This document shows, one piece after another, positions 1-12,569 of a stretch of DNA of 64,000 nucleotides (position 1 is its first letter; the number at the start of each line of letters is the position of its first letter). The DNA lies in contig NC_043014.1 of assembly GCF_006345805.1 (NCBI RefSeq), positions 45,756,001 to 45,820,000 of the forward strand, written 5' to 3'. The notes under the pieces are model-generated. The model was not told the DNA's origin, made no database searches, and saw only the letters and a list, made by a program, of their open reading frames with translations. Position numbers and translations under genes: made by a program. This DNA comes from Octopus sinensis. Taxonomy: Eukaryota.

Positions 1-64
1 AAATCAACCCCAGGACTTATTCTCTGTAAGCCTAGTACTTATTCTATTGGTTTCTTTTGCCAGG

Positions 65-398
65 TCCATGTTCAGTACCACTGTGTGGCACCTTGGGCAA
101 GTGTCTTCTACTATAGCCTCGGGCCGACCAAAGCCTTGTGAATGGATTTGGTAGATGGAAACTGAAAGAAGCCCATCATATATATAAGTGTGTGTGTGTG
201 TGTGTGTCTGTGTTCCCCCAACATTGCTTGACAACCGATGCTGGTGTGTTTACGTCCCTGTCACTTAGTGGTTTGGCAAGAGAGACCGATAGAATAAGTA
301 CTAGGCTTACAAAGAATAAGTCCTGGGGTTGATTTGCTCGACTAAAGGCGGTGCTCCAGCATGGCCACAGTCAAATGACTGGAACAAATGAAAGAAAA
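65..398 (+). mobile_element. SINE family A copy, 5'-truncated, preceded by an oppositely oriented family A fragment at 1-60
   Basis: Contains GTTCAGTACCACTGTGTGGCACCTTGGGCAAGTG, an internal (TA)(TG)n tract and the tail GGTGCTCCAGCATGGCCACAGTCAAATGACTGGAACA, as in the other copies. Confidence 0.85.
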
Positions 399-444
399 AG
401 GTGGCAATGCCACTTAAGAAACACCCGTGTCAGTGCTGCATATA

Positions 445-633
445 TGGACCCATGACGGGTGGCATGCAAAAAGCACCCGGCACACTCTAAGTAGTTGGGA
501 TCAGGAAGAGCATCCAGCTGTAGAAACCATGCCACAACAAACAGTTGGGGGTCTGGACAGCTCCATGCCATGCAATCCAACCCATGCCAGCATGGAAAGA
601 GGATGCTGAACAACGATGATGATGATGATGATG
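445..633 (+). mobile_element. SINE family C, diverged copy with (GAT)n tail
   Basis: GGTGGCATGCAAAAAGCACC ... GGAAGAGCATCCAGCTGTAGAAAC ... CCAACCCATGCCAGCATGGAAA ... (GAT)n. Confidence 0.75.
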
Positions 634-1656
634 AAGTCTGTGTTTGTTTTAGCTTTTCTTTTGTTTGGTTTACTTGATTACAAAACTGAACAGATATAAG
701 TGTGGCAAAAAAAAAAAAAAAAAAAATGTATGGACCTGAAGTAAAACAACAACAACAATAGCAACCGCTAATCTGGTGATCCCTTAAGTATCCCCTTTTC
801 CTGAAAACGGTGATGGCAAAGTATTAGAGGAAAGAAGTGGGAGTCTACGATATTGAGGGGAAAAGGAGGGTGTTAGTCTCCATGTTAATAACTGACTCCA
901 TCTTTATCCCTGATTATTTATTAACTCTGGTAATCTCCGGAACCAGGCATGGACTCCCCGTTAAAATAACCGTCCCCTACCACCTACTCTAATTCCAGCA
1001 GCAATGAGTGCAGTACATCAAGAAAAATAACAAAAATGGCATTAAAAAATACATGCAAAAAACAAAGAAAACACACAAAATAGCATACTATGAACGCAAA
1101 AAAAAATTTTCTTAAAAAAAGAATAATAGAAAAAAAAATAAAATAAAAACACTACAGCATCTTAAATCTAACATAAAAACCTGTCCAGAGAGAGAGAGGG
1201 GGAAAAATTTTCTCCTCCCCCTCTTTCGCCTCTTCTGATACTGTAATAACTACTCTGACCACCACCACCACAACTCCTTCCTATTTGCTTCCAATTATGG
1301 GTAAAAAACATCCACACATGTTATACATTAGTATATAAAGTTGGGTGCCTTCTGGCTCTCTCCCCTGATCCCTTGCTACTCATATTTGCACAGGGGTTTC
1401 TAATGAGGGGAACCCCTTGTTTTATCCATCAGCCAGTGGACAGGGGACAAGGAGGAGGAGGAGGAAGGGTCGCTTGGGTAAGTGGATGGTAAGGGCCGAG
1501 GATGTCTTGAACAGATTTAGGATTTTCAAATAAGTGGTTGTACTTGTTGCCATTGTTGTTTAGCCCCAGGCCAAACCATGACCGAGAAAACCTTATTATC
1601 AAAGATATTCCAGTCATGACCATCCTGTCTGTTTAGGGATGTCTAGCAACATATTC

Positions 1657-2062
1657 ACTCTTTTACTCTTTTACTTGTTTCAGTCATTTGACTGCGGCCA
1701 TGCTGGAGCACCACCTTTAGTCGATCAAATCGACCCCAGGACTTATTCTTTGTAAGCCCAGTATTTATTCTATCGGTCTCTTTTGCTGAACAGCTAAGTG
1801 ATGGGGGCGTAAACACACCAGCATCGGTTGTCAAGCAATGCTAGGGGGACAAACACAGACACACAAACACATACACACACACATATATATATATACATAT
1901 ATACGACAGGCTTCTTTCAGTTTCCGTCTACCAAATCCACTCACAAGGCATTGGTCGGCCCGGGGCTATAGCAGAAGACACTTGTCCAAGATGCCACGCA
2001 GTGGGACTGAACCCGGAACCATGTGGTTGGTTAGCAAGCTACTTACCACACAGTCACTCCTG
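1657..2062 (-). mobile_element. SINE family A, near full length (tRNA-like head, CORE-like segment, internal microsatellite, LINE-like tail)
   Basis: Minus strand reads head GGAGTGACTGTGTGGTAAG...GGTTCAGTCCC (A/B-box-like) through tail GAAACAAGTAAAAGAGTAAAAGAG; flanked by a 50-bp direct duplication. Confidence 0.9.
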
Positions 2063-2334
2063 GAATATCCAAAGATATTCCAGTCATGACCATCCTGTCT
2101 GTTTAGGGATGTCTAGCAAGATATTATTCAATGTGACAAGGTTTCTTTGGGTGGATGTCCTTCATAAACAACAAGATATAAAAATGTCGGTTGGTAGATC
2201 GATGATGATAGTTTGAGACCACTGAAGGACTGGTGGTGATGGTGGTGGTGGGGGAATATTCCATACATGGAAACAGACGAGGTATGAAAACAAGAAGAGC
2301 ATCTGGCTGAAGAAAATCTATGTGGTTGTTAAAG

Positions 2335-2530
2335 CAATGGTGATGACCATGATGATGATGATGATGATGACAATGATGACTGTGGTGATGATGATGACAG
2401 CTATGACGATGTCCATGATGATGACGATGGTGATGATGACAACGACCATAATGATGATGACACTGATGACCATGATGTTGACAACCATAATGATAGTGAT
2501 GATGATGATGATGATAATAATGATGATGCA
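2335..2530. repeat. Degenerate (GAT/GAC)n trinucleotide array
   Basis: Direct reading; source of the poly-M/poly-I ORFs. Confidence 0.95.
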
Positions 2531-2599
2531 GAACACTTTTATCTCAGCTGCACAACAGAGTTCAGTTAAAGTCGAGGTAGATGTTTGGTATGAAGGGTG

Positions 2600-2603
2600 G
2601 ATG

Positions 2604-2639
<36 letters not shown>

Positions 2640-2860
2640 AGAGAGAGAAAGAGAGAGAAGTGAGGGAGGGTAAGAGGAGAATGAAGAAGAGAGAGAAAGA
2701 GAGAGAAGTGAGGGAGGGTAAGAGGAGAATGAAGAAGAGAGAGAGAGAGAAAGAGAGAAGTGAGAGAGGGTAAAAGGAGAATGAAGAAGAAAGAGAAAGA
2801 GAGAGAAAAAGAGAAAGAGAAAGAAAGAGAAGTGAGGGAGGGTAAGAGGAGAATGAAGAA
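2600..2860. repeat. GA-rich minisatellite, about four copies of GAGAAGTGAGGGAGGGTAAGAGGAGAATGAAGAA separated by (GA)n
   Basis: Unit recurs near 2655, 2703, 2756 and 2828. Confidence 0.9.
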
Positions 2861-2955
2861 TGCATTTTAATGAGTTTGATGTTGAGAACATTTTTGAATA
2901 ATATTTCAAATAGAAACAATTTTTATAAAGATTATAAACAGCATGTTGTGGTTCA

Positions 2956-4480
2956 GTGTGCATATTTACATATACACTAGCTACACTTATATTCATACAC
3001 ACACACAGACATACATACACATATAAGTGTGACTATGTGTGTATGAGTATGTTTATATATATGTATGTGTATGTATGTATGTGTGCATGTATGTATGTGT
3101 GCATGTATGTCTGTGTGCATGTATGCCTGTGTGCATGTATGTCTGTGTGCATGTATGTGTATGTGTGCATGTATGTGTGCATGTATGTATGTGTGTGTGT
3201 GCATATATGTATGTGTGCATGTATGTAGTGTGCATGATGTATGTTTGCATGTATATGTGTGTGCATGTATGTGTGTGTATCTATGTCTGTGTATAAATAT
3301 AAGTGTAGCTAGTATATATGTAAATATGAGTACATGTGTGTGTCTGCATATATGTGTGTGTGTGCAAGTATACATACATATTACCTACATATATACACAT
3401 ACAAATACCTACATACACACACACACACACACACACAAATACATACATTATATATAATATATGCACACACACACATACATAAATAAATAAATACATACAA
3501 CCAAATACATAACCAAATACAATTCCATATTTCCTGTTCCACGCACACACACACACACACACACACACATTACACACAGCACAGACACACACACACACAC
3601 ACACACACATAAATAGAAGCAAACGCAGTCAAATTACAATTCAATATTTCCTCGTTCCACACAGACACGCACACACATATACATACATACATACATACAT
3701 ACATACATAGACCAAAGAGAGAGAGGGAGGGAGGGAGAGAGAAATAGCAACAACAACAACAACAGGCTGACCCAATAACAACAACTAGAAGTAATCCAAG
3801 TCTCTTTTAAAAAGTCTCTTTTATTATAAATTCCTTGCCATAAGACCTCTTTTTTTAATAACAAGAACCAAAGATTGAAACCAGAAGCTTTCAACAGAAA
3901 GAAGTGTGTGTGTGTGTGGGGGGGGATAATAATAATAATATAATTATCATAATAATAATAATAACAACAATTTCTTTTATTTGCCACCAGGGCAGGGGGA
4001 TAAGGGTGTCAAAACAAAGAGAGGTGTAAAGTGTGGGGGTCTACATATAATGAAATAATAATAATAATAATAATAATGATGATGATGATAATAATGACAA
4101 TAATAATACACATACACACACATACATACATACATATATACACACACACATACATATATACACACATACATATATATATATATACACACACACATACATA
4201 CATATATATATACACACACACACATATATATATACACACACACACATATATATATACACACACACATATATATATATATACACACACATACATACATATA
4301 TATACACACACACACATACATACATATATATATACACACACATACATATATACACACATACATACATATATATACACACACATACATACATATATATACA
4401 CACACATACATACATATATATATACACACACATACATACATACATATATATACACACATAATAATAATAATAATAATAAT
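2956..4480. repeat. Compound (TG/TATG)n, (CA/TACA)n and (AAT)n microsatellite field
   Basis: Direct reading. Confidence 0.95.
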
Positions 4481-4679
4481 CTAGAGAGTGTGTGTGTGGG
4501 GGTGGATGTCTAACACTGAAAAATAAAGAGTTGGGTGGATTCTAGTTATATTGGGGTGTGGTGGTGGTGGTCCTTAAAAGGGCCATCTAGTTTACATCAG
4601 CCTGACTTATGTTTTTCATATATTTTAGATTTTAGAACAAGAAAGTGCTTTGGGTGTTGCTGGGGGTGGTTTAGGGCAG

Positions 4680-4870
4680 AAGCTGTAGTTGTTGTTTAGC
4701 CCCAGGTCAGTCCAGATTGAGGATCACAATCATTTCAATGTTGGCCATCTCATCTTTTTTTTTCTTAGGTGCAGAGTACCCAAGATCTCATTGTCCAGCA
4801 TGCTTCTCTCTGAGACGGTAGGGTGTGATTTAAGGCAGATTTAGCTCCTATTTCTAGCAGATCAAATGAT
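4680..4870 (-). mobile_element. Old dispersed repeat family E, representative copy; diverged copies also near 1550, 11350, 17450-17750, 20280-20580, 33890, 36390, 37310-37590, 46950-47130, 47870-48160, 50000-50230, 50500, 56700-56870, 58200-58460 and 58800
   Basis: Recurrent motifs GTTGTTTAGCCCCAGGTCAG...ATTCCAGCTGTGACCATCCC...GTGTGATTTGAGGGAGATTTGGCTGCTATTTCTAGCAGGTC; an (AAC)n-like end suggests a retroposon. Confidence 0.6.
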
Positions 4871-4938
4871 TAGATAGTGCCACCCAATTTCCTGCCATCT
4901 TTAGATTGCTAGAGGTAATTTGAGAGTGGTGTGTGTAT

Positions 4939-5038
4939 NNNNNNNNNNNNNNNNNNNNNNNNNNNNNNNNNNNNNNNNNNNNNNNNNNNNNNNNNNNNNN
5001 NNNNNNNNNNNNNNNNNNNNNNNNNNNNNNNNNNNNNN
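4939..5038. other. Assembly gap (100 N)
   Basis: Run of n; a round 100-N size is usually a placeholder. Confidence 1.
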
Positions 5039-5340
5039 CCTCCTATTTACATCCTCTTCTAATGACCAAAGATTTTCCTGTCACATCAAACATCATCTTC
5101 TGCTTCCCTATTTATCTATAAACAGGAGCATATATTTTCCTACTGATATTTTGGTTTGGTGAAGGTGTTAGGGGTAGATTAGGGTGTGTTCCTGTGTCTT
5201 TGACTGTACAGGGAACTGGGCCTGGCGGAGCTTTCAACAAAACCTTTTAACCTGACATGCATCTAGATTAAAGCCATTCTTTAAAATGTTTATCATTTAC
5301 TTCTCCTAAAAGAGGGAATAAGATGCCTTTTATCCTTTAA

Positions 5341-5701
5341 CTAGCAGTATCGCCCGCCCGGCGTTGCTCGGGTTTGTAAGGGAAATAACTATATAAGCAT
5401 TTTTAGAGATGTAAAGTATAATAGCCATCTCAATATGGCTAACCACTAGGGGGGGGGGTTACTGTAGCTTTTTACGTTCTGAGATTTAATAATAAATTTT
5501 TAGAGAGTTACTTCCCTTATATATGCCAAAAGTGCATAAAAAATGGGAAAAATTGATGGTAAATTTTTTTTTTAGGCTCGATATGAATCACGACTATAAG
5601 ATACCCGGTTTTGGTTAAACTGCACTGCAAAATGTGGGAGTAGTTAGGAATCTAAATCGTAGGAGACAGACAGCACACAACCTCACTTTTATATATAAAG
5701 A
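5341..5701 (-). mobile_element. Non-autonomous Helitron
   Basis: Minus strand begins A|TCTTTATATATAAAAG and ends CCCGAGCAACGCCGGG (hairpin)...ATACTGCTAG|T: 5'-TC, 3'-CTAG, subterminal GC hairpin, A/T insertion site, no TSD. Confidence 0.85.
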
Positions 5702-5705
5702 TTCC

Positions 5706-6162
5706 CGGCGAGCTGGGAGAAACGTTAGCACGCTGGGCGAAATGTTTAGTGCTATTTCGTCTACCGTTCTGAGTTCAAATTCCGCTGAGGTCAACTTTGC
5801 CTTTCATCCTTTTGGGGTCGATTAAATAAGTACCAGTTACGCACTGGAGTCGATGTAATCGACTTAATCCGTGTGTCTGTCCTTGTTTGTCCCATGTGAG
5901 TAGTAAAGAAATAGGTATTTCGTCTAAAGAAAGAAGGCGGAAAGCTGGCAGAAACGTTAGCACGCCGGGCAAAATGTATTTCGTTTGCCGCTACGTTCTG
6001 AGTTCAAGTTCTGCCGAGGTCGACTTTGCCTTTCATCCTTTTGGGGTCGATAAATTAAATACCAGTTTCACACTGGGGTCGATATAATCGACTTAATCCG
6101 TTTGTCTGTCCTTGTTTGTCCCCTCTGTGTGTAGCCCCTTGTGGGTAGTAAAGAAATAGGTA
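5706..6162 (+). mobile_element. SINE family B, two tandem copies
   Basis: GGCGAGCTGG(C)AGAAACGTTAGCACG...GAGTTCAAATTCCGC (B-box-like)...GACTTTGCCTTTCATCCTTTTGGGGTCGA...AAAGAAATAGG occurs twice. Confidence 0.85.
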
Positions 6163-6665
6163 TCATTAGGTCTGAAAGACATTGAGTCAGACTCAAGTGG
6201 TGAGGAAAGAATGTGATTGGAGGGAGATTTGCTACTGTTTCTAGCAAGGGTTGTTTTGACCACCACCACCACCCCTACACCCTGAAGAGCCCTTCCCTCT
6301 CACTTGCAGAACACTGACTCCATGAGGAAGTAGTAGTGGTGGTGGTAGCAGTAATAGTAGTGGTAGTAGTTGTTGCTGTTGTTTTGTTGTAGTTCAAGGG
6401 GGCAACAATGAGTTTATATCAAACAATAGCTGAATAAATAAGCTTATCTCTCTGAAGGAGATTAAGGAGGATTACCAAGTAAGTATTAGCATTGTAAATT
6501 ATGTCAAGCATGAAACAGTGGTTGTGACCTCCAAGCTGTCAAACGGCTGTCTTGTTGCCTTCTTAGCTCTCTCTACACACAGGTAACCCTGGCTCTAAGT
6601 CTGTGTGTGTGTGTATAAGGAGAGAGTTACAGACAAGGACTAAAATTAGGATTACTGCTCAATTT

Positions 6666-6755
6666 ACATATATATATATATATACACATACATACATATA
6701 TACACATACATACATATATATACATACATATATACACATACATATACATACATAC

Positions 6756-6812
<57 letters not shown>

Positions 6813-6956
6813 CATACATACATATACATACATACATATATATACATACATATACATACATACATATATATACATACATATACATACATACATACTATAC
6901 ATACATACATACATATACATACATATATACATAACATATACATACATATATATCAG

Positions 6957-6989
<33 letters not shown>

Positions 6990-7099
6990 CATACATATAT
7001 ATACACATACATATACATATATACATACATTATACATATATATTACATACATATATATACATACATATATACATACATATACTACATATATATACATAC

Positions 7100-7132
<33 letters not shown>

Positions 7133-7298
7133 CATATATATATACATACATATATATATATAATACCTACATATACATACATATACATACATATATATAT
7201 ACATATATACATACATATATATATACATACATATATATATACATACATATATATATATATACATACATATATATATACATACATATATATATACATAC

Positions 7299-7335
<37 letters not shown>

Positions 7336-7575
7336 CATACATTTATATATACATACATATATATATATATATATACATACATACATATATATATCATACA
7401 TATATATATATTATACATACATACTAATATATATATCCATACATACATATATATATTATATACCTACATAATATTATTTACATACAAAAATACATACATA
7501 TATAGATATATATATACATACATATATATAAATATTATATACATACATATATATATGCCACCATATATATATATA
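6666..7575. repeat. Long (TA/TACA)n microsatellite left of the LINE
   Basis: Direct reading. Confidence 0.95.
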
Positions 7576-7583
7576 ACACATAC

Positions 7584-8300
7584 ACCACAAAAATATTTCT
7601 ACTGAATGTAGGAGGGCTGCTGCGCGGAAACTGTAAAAAGAAAATTTCATTCCTGAGAGACCTTGTGACATGCAATCAAGCTATATGCATGGCACTCACA
7701 GAAACGCATCTTGAACCCGATATAGGTGATGCAGAAATACACATGCCGCAATATGCAGTCATACGCACAGATAGAAAAGGGAGGAGCCATGGTGGAGTTG
7801 CAATGTACATCCGAGATGACCTCACGCCCCAGGTCCTGCTGTCATATTCAAACAACTCAGTATGTGAAACTCAAATTGTACACATAAGACAACTGAATAT
7901 CGTCATATGCACTACATATCGCCCACCAGACGCCCCAAAACACTCAGGCATGTTTGAAGACTGCCTAACAAAATAGGAGAAGTCCTCACCAACCTTGAAC
8001 AGCACAACAGTGTATTCTTCATGGGTGACTTTAACCTCCCCAATGTGGAATGGCCTGGGGGGCAGATGCTCCCAGGGATGACACACCATCAGCAGGCACA
8101 GGTGGAGTCCCTGCTCCATCTCACAAATACCTCTTTCATGGAGCAAATAGTTCTGCAACCAACAAGGGCAGATAATATACTGGATCTCTGCTTTACAAAC
8201 AATATGGATATTATCCATAATGTTAATGTGATGCCGACAATGATCTCGGATCACACCATAATAGAGCTGTCTATGTATGGAACAAAAGCCCCCGCAGACA
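7584..8300 (+). pseudogene. Apurinic-like endonuclease domain of LINE ORF2 (disrupted)
   Basis: [60 protein letters not shown]; stop at 7974-7976 and a frame change. Confidence 0.9.
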
Positions 8301-8844
8301 CACAGCCTATACGAAGCACCCACCATCTCTCCAACTTAAACTTTCATAAAGCCAACTGGAAGTCGATTGAGAAAGAGATCCTCAAACAGGATTGGCCTGA
8401 ATGTCTCTCCACACCGGACATAAACATGAAACACAAACACTTCATGTCCATAATACAAGCCATATGTGACAAATATGTCCAATGTGCAGGGCCAGCACAC
8501 ACAAGAATAAAAACAGGATCCCTAGAGAAAGGAGGATTCTTATGAGACGACGGACAAGGATTGCAAACCGCCTGAGCAAGCACACCAAAAGTGGTGAGAA
8601 GTCTCGGCTCGAAAGAATGCTAATGGAAACTGAGAAAAGTCTACATCACATCCCATGAAAAGGAGAGAGCAGATAAAGAAGCTTGGGTAATAGAAAATAT
8701 AAAATCAAACCCTAAAGCTTTCTTTAAGTTTGCCAAAGAGACAGCCACAGTGCACCAGAGAATAGGACCTCTCTTCCAAAAGATGGCTCTCTCACAGGAA
8801 TCCCACGAGGATAAGTGAAATACTGAACGAACAGTTCCAAGTGT

Positions 8845-10440
8845 GTGTTCACTACACCTCTAGGACACAGGCAAGTAAACAACCCAGAAGAATTCTTTGC
8901 CACTTTACCAGCGGCCAAAGAGACAAAAATTGAGTACATCAACATCGAAGAAGATGATATCACACTAGCCATTGATGAGATTGACACAAACTCAGCTGCT
9001 GGACCTGATGGATTCCCAGCGATCCTTCTCAAATCGTGCAAACGAGCCCTTGCAAAACCGCTACAGCTTCTTTTCAGAGCTTTCTTGCAAGTGGTAAGCT
9101 CCCAGTCAAACTGAAAGAGGGGGTAATATGCCCTATCCATAAGGGAGGTAGCAGAGCAGATGCTAAAAATTATAGGCCTATCTCTCTGACCTCACACATC
9201 AGCAAAGTCATGGAACGAATAGTCCGTAAGAAACTAATCATGTTCCTTGAAGAAAATGACTTACTGTCTGACACCCAGCATGGATTTCGACCAGGTAGAG
9301 GCTGCCTAACACAGCTCCTGCGCACTATGACTGGGTGTTGAAACAGCTACTAAATGGCTCAAATGTGGATGTAATATATCTTGACTTTGCAAAAGCCTTT
9401 GATAAAGTCGACCATGGTATGATCTGTCACAAACTGCGTGGTCTCGGCATAGGCGGGAAACTTGGAGAGTGGCTGCACAACTTCCTAAAAGACAGAAAAC
9501 AGGCAGTTGTGAGCAATGGAGCCACCTCCAGGGAAACGCAAATAACAAGCGGTGTCCCACAGGGCACTGTCTTGGGGCCACTGATGTTCATAGTGGCCCT
9601 TTCACATGCCTTCAGTTGCTACGATGACCACCCTTGCTAGCTATGCAGATGACACAAGGTCTCCCACGCAATACAGAACCCTGAAAATATTGCGCATCTG
9701 CAACATGAGCTGGACACAATATACAGGTGGGCTGAGGACAACAACATGCAGTTTAATGCAGGTAAGTTCCAGGCCCTGCGCTACTGGCACACAAAGGTAA
9801 ATGACGTGAAGACTGGATACACTGGCCCAGGAAGAATTGCAATCCCTGAGTCAAAATCAGTGCGTGACCTGGGCATTGACATGAGCAATGATGCATCTTT
9901 CCAAATGCATATTGCTAATCTGGTGATAAAATGCAGACGGCTAGCTGGATGGATTCTCCGAACTTTCAGAACAAGAGAGAAGGAGACACTGATGGTCCTA
10001 TGGAAAACATTTGTCCTCAGCCGCTTGGACTACTGCTCCCAACTTTGGTCACCACACAATATAAAACAAACAGCAGAACTCGAAGCAACTCAGAGAAGCT
10101 ACACAAGAAAATCGTCTCAATGCAAAATGTCAGCTACTGGGAAAGACTGAAGGTATTAAACCTCTTCTCCCTGGAGCGGAGGCGGGAGAGATATGCAGTA
10201 ATATACATCTGGAAAATCCTGGAGGGTCTTATCCCAAACTTTGGCATTCAAAGTTACTCCAACCGCAGAACGGGGCGCCGCTGCGTGGTGCCAAGGATTC
10301 CAACATCACCATCAAAATACAGGTCCAGATACTGCAACAGCTTGGGTTTCAGAGGACCACAGCTTTTCAACATCCTCCCTAAATGCCTGAGAGACTTACA
10401 TGGTGTGGATGTGGGTTTCTTTAAAACTAACTGGATCTCT
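8845..10440 (+). pseudogene. Reverse transcriptase and C-terminal domain of LINE ORF2 (multiple frameshifts)
   Basis: GPDGF, PIHKGGSRADAKNYRPISLTSHISKVMERIV, QHGFRPGRGCLTQL, YLDFAKAFDKVDH, GVPQGTVLGPLMF, YADD, VRDLGI, LDYCSQLWSP. Confidence 0.92.
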
Positions 10441-10835
10441 TCTTGTTGGAAGTCCCAGATGAACCTACCTCACGACAGGAGACGCGGATGCGGGCAGCAG
10501 CATCGAACTCCCTTGTTGATCAAGTGCCACGTATCAGAGGTGGATTCACAAACTATGTGGCTCATTCATTCAGCGTGGTGCCCCAGCATGGCCGCGGCCT
10601 TCGGGCTAAAACATTTTTAAGGATTTAAGGATTTATACATATATATATATTACATCAATATATATATATATATACATACATATATATATATATAATATAC
10701 ATATACATACATATATTATACATACTATATATATATACATACATATATATATACATACATATATATATACATACATATATATAACATACATATATATATA
10801 CATACATATATATATAACATACATATACATACATA

Positions 10836-11018
10836 CGTGACCTCGATTTTTGTTTCCCTCTGACTTCCCTTCTCTGGATCTTTCCTTCTCCTATGTTTCC
10901 GACAAAGAGATCCGCTCGAAACGTTAAACCCTCCTTCTTTCCTGAGCGTCCAATAACACTATATTCGTTCCACATCCTCGCATTGTGTTTTTTTGTGCTT
11001 TCTTGTTTGGATTAACCT
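10836..11018 (+). mobile_element. Probable Penelope-like terminal (pLTR) fragment with degenerate minimal hammerhead motif, embedded in microsatellite
   Basis: GTTT-CCGACAA-A-GAG..CTC-GAAAC-GTT-AAAC at 10895-10929; downstream TTCCTGAGCGT is shared with the 39459-39648 fragment. Confidence 0.55.
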
Positions 11019-11082
11019 TATATACATACATACATAAATACACATATATACATACACACACACACACACACCACACATACAT

Positions 11083-11122
<40 letters not shown>

Positions 11123-11596
11123 ACATAAGCATTCATATTTGAGCAGTTGTCCTAATTTTATCTTTCTTAACCACAAACCCACCACCATCACCACCACACT
11201 GACCTTCAGCATCACCTCCCACCACCACCATGACTAGTTTTTTTTCTGTCTTTGCCAATACTCAAAAAGGATCTACAGTGATAATACATATCTTTATTAC
11301 TATCACTTCAGTTCAACCACAAACCAAACAGTCAGGGAGGCTCTATACAGTGGTTGCTCAGTCTGTTAGAAATAGCAGCCAAATCTTCAAGTGACACCCT
11401 ATTATCTTAAGGAAGTGAAGGAAACTTATGTAACATGTTCCTAGATATACTTAAAAAAAAATCTGTCTTCTCAACCTGCTAGAAACAGCAGTGAAATCTC
11501 CTTCAAATCAAAATCCTATAGCATTCAAACTGGCCCTGTCAGGCCCAAATATTCTACTTGTTTTGTTTTGGAGTTGACCAGATCAGGCCACAGGTG

Positions 11597-11800
11597 CAGG
11601 CATAGTCCTGTGGCAAGAAGCTTGCTTCCCAACCACATGGTTCTGGTTTCAGTCCCATTGTGTGGCACCTTGTGAGTGAATTTGGTGGATGGAAACTGAA
11701 TGAAGCCCATAGTATGTGTGTGTGTGTGTGTGTGTGTGTATTTATCCCCCACCAACACTTGACAACTGGTATTGGTGCGTTCATGTCCCTGTGACTCATC
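11597..11800 (+). mobile_element. SINE family A, diverged partial copy
   Basis: Head through internal (TG)n to GACAACTGGTATTGGTG. Confidence 0.75.
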
Positions 11801-11842
11801 AAAGGTGGCCAATAAATAAAAGTGTTAGGGTAGATTCTGATT

Positions 11843-12255
11843 ACTCTTTTACTTGTTTCAGTCATTTGACTGCGGCCATGCTGGAGCACCGCCTTTAGTC
11901 GAGCAAATCGACCCCAGGACTTATTCTTTGTAGCCCAGTACTATTCTAATCGGTCTCTTTTGCCAACCGCTAAGTGACGGGGACGTAAACACACCAGCAT
12001 CGGTTGTCAAGCACTGTGTCTGGAGACAAACCAGACACACAAACACAGACACACACACACACACATATATATATATACACACACATATATACGACAGGCT
12101 TCTTTCAGTTTCCGTCTACTAAATCCACTCACAAGGCATTGGTCGGCCTGGGGCTATAGCAGAAGACACTTGCCTAAGATGCCAAGCAGTGGGACTGAAC
12201 CTGGAACCATGTGGTTGGTTAGCAAGCTACTTACCACACAGCCACTCCTGTGCCT
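11843..12255 (-). mobile_element. SINE family A, full length
   Basis: Matches other copies from tail CTCTTTTACTTGTTTCAGTC to head CCACACAGCCACTCCTGTGCC. Confidence 0.9.
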
Positions 12256-12569
12256 ATGACTAAAATTCTCCAAGTTGGTACTCCAGCATGGCCACAGCCC
12301 CATGACAGGAAAGGTTGAGATTACATTCAAGTTCAGATAAAGAAATTATCTACAACAGCTACTCACTGGTGTCATGTTTATACTTCCATCCTTCCTCTTA
12401 TCTAGCCCAGCACCACCATCACCATTCCTTCCATGACAACCTATCCATAAAGTACACTGTTCAATACCAGCATAGGCTACCTTGCTTGATATATTAATCC
12501 CTTCAATGGGAATCCACTTGAGAGTAAGATTGGAGTCAAGTAGTCTGTCTACTGTCTTCCCACCATTAC

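Larger units (their letters stand above)
7580..10635 (+). mobile_element. 5'-truncated, frameshifted non-LTR retrotransposon (CR1/L2/Jockey group): ORF2 (APE+RT) plus 3' UTR and (TTTAAGGA) tail
   Basis: APE and RT motifs in the correct order across several frames; C-terminal LERRRERY...WKIL; short tandem-repeat tail; no ORF1 seen. Confidence 0.93.

Noticed and set aside
4920-5162. ORFs spanning 4920-5162
   Set aside because: Artefacts of the N gap
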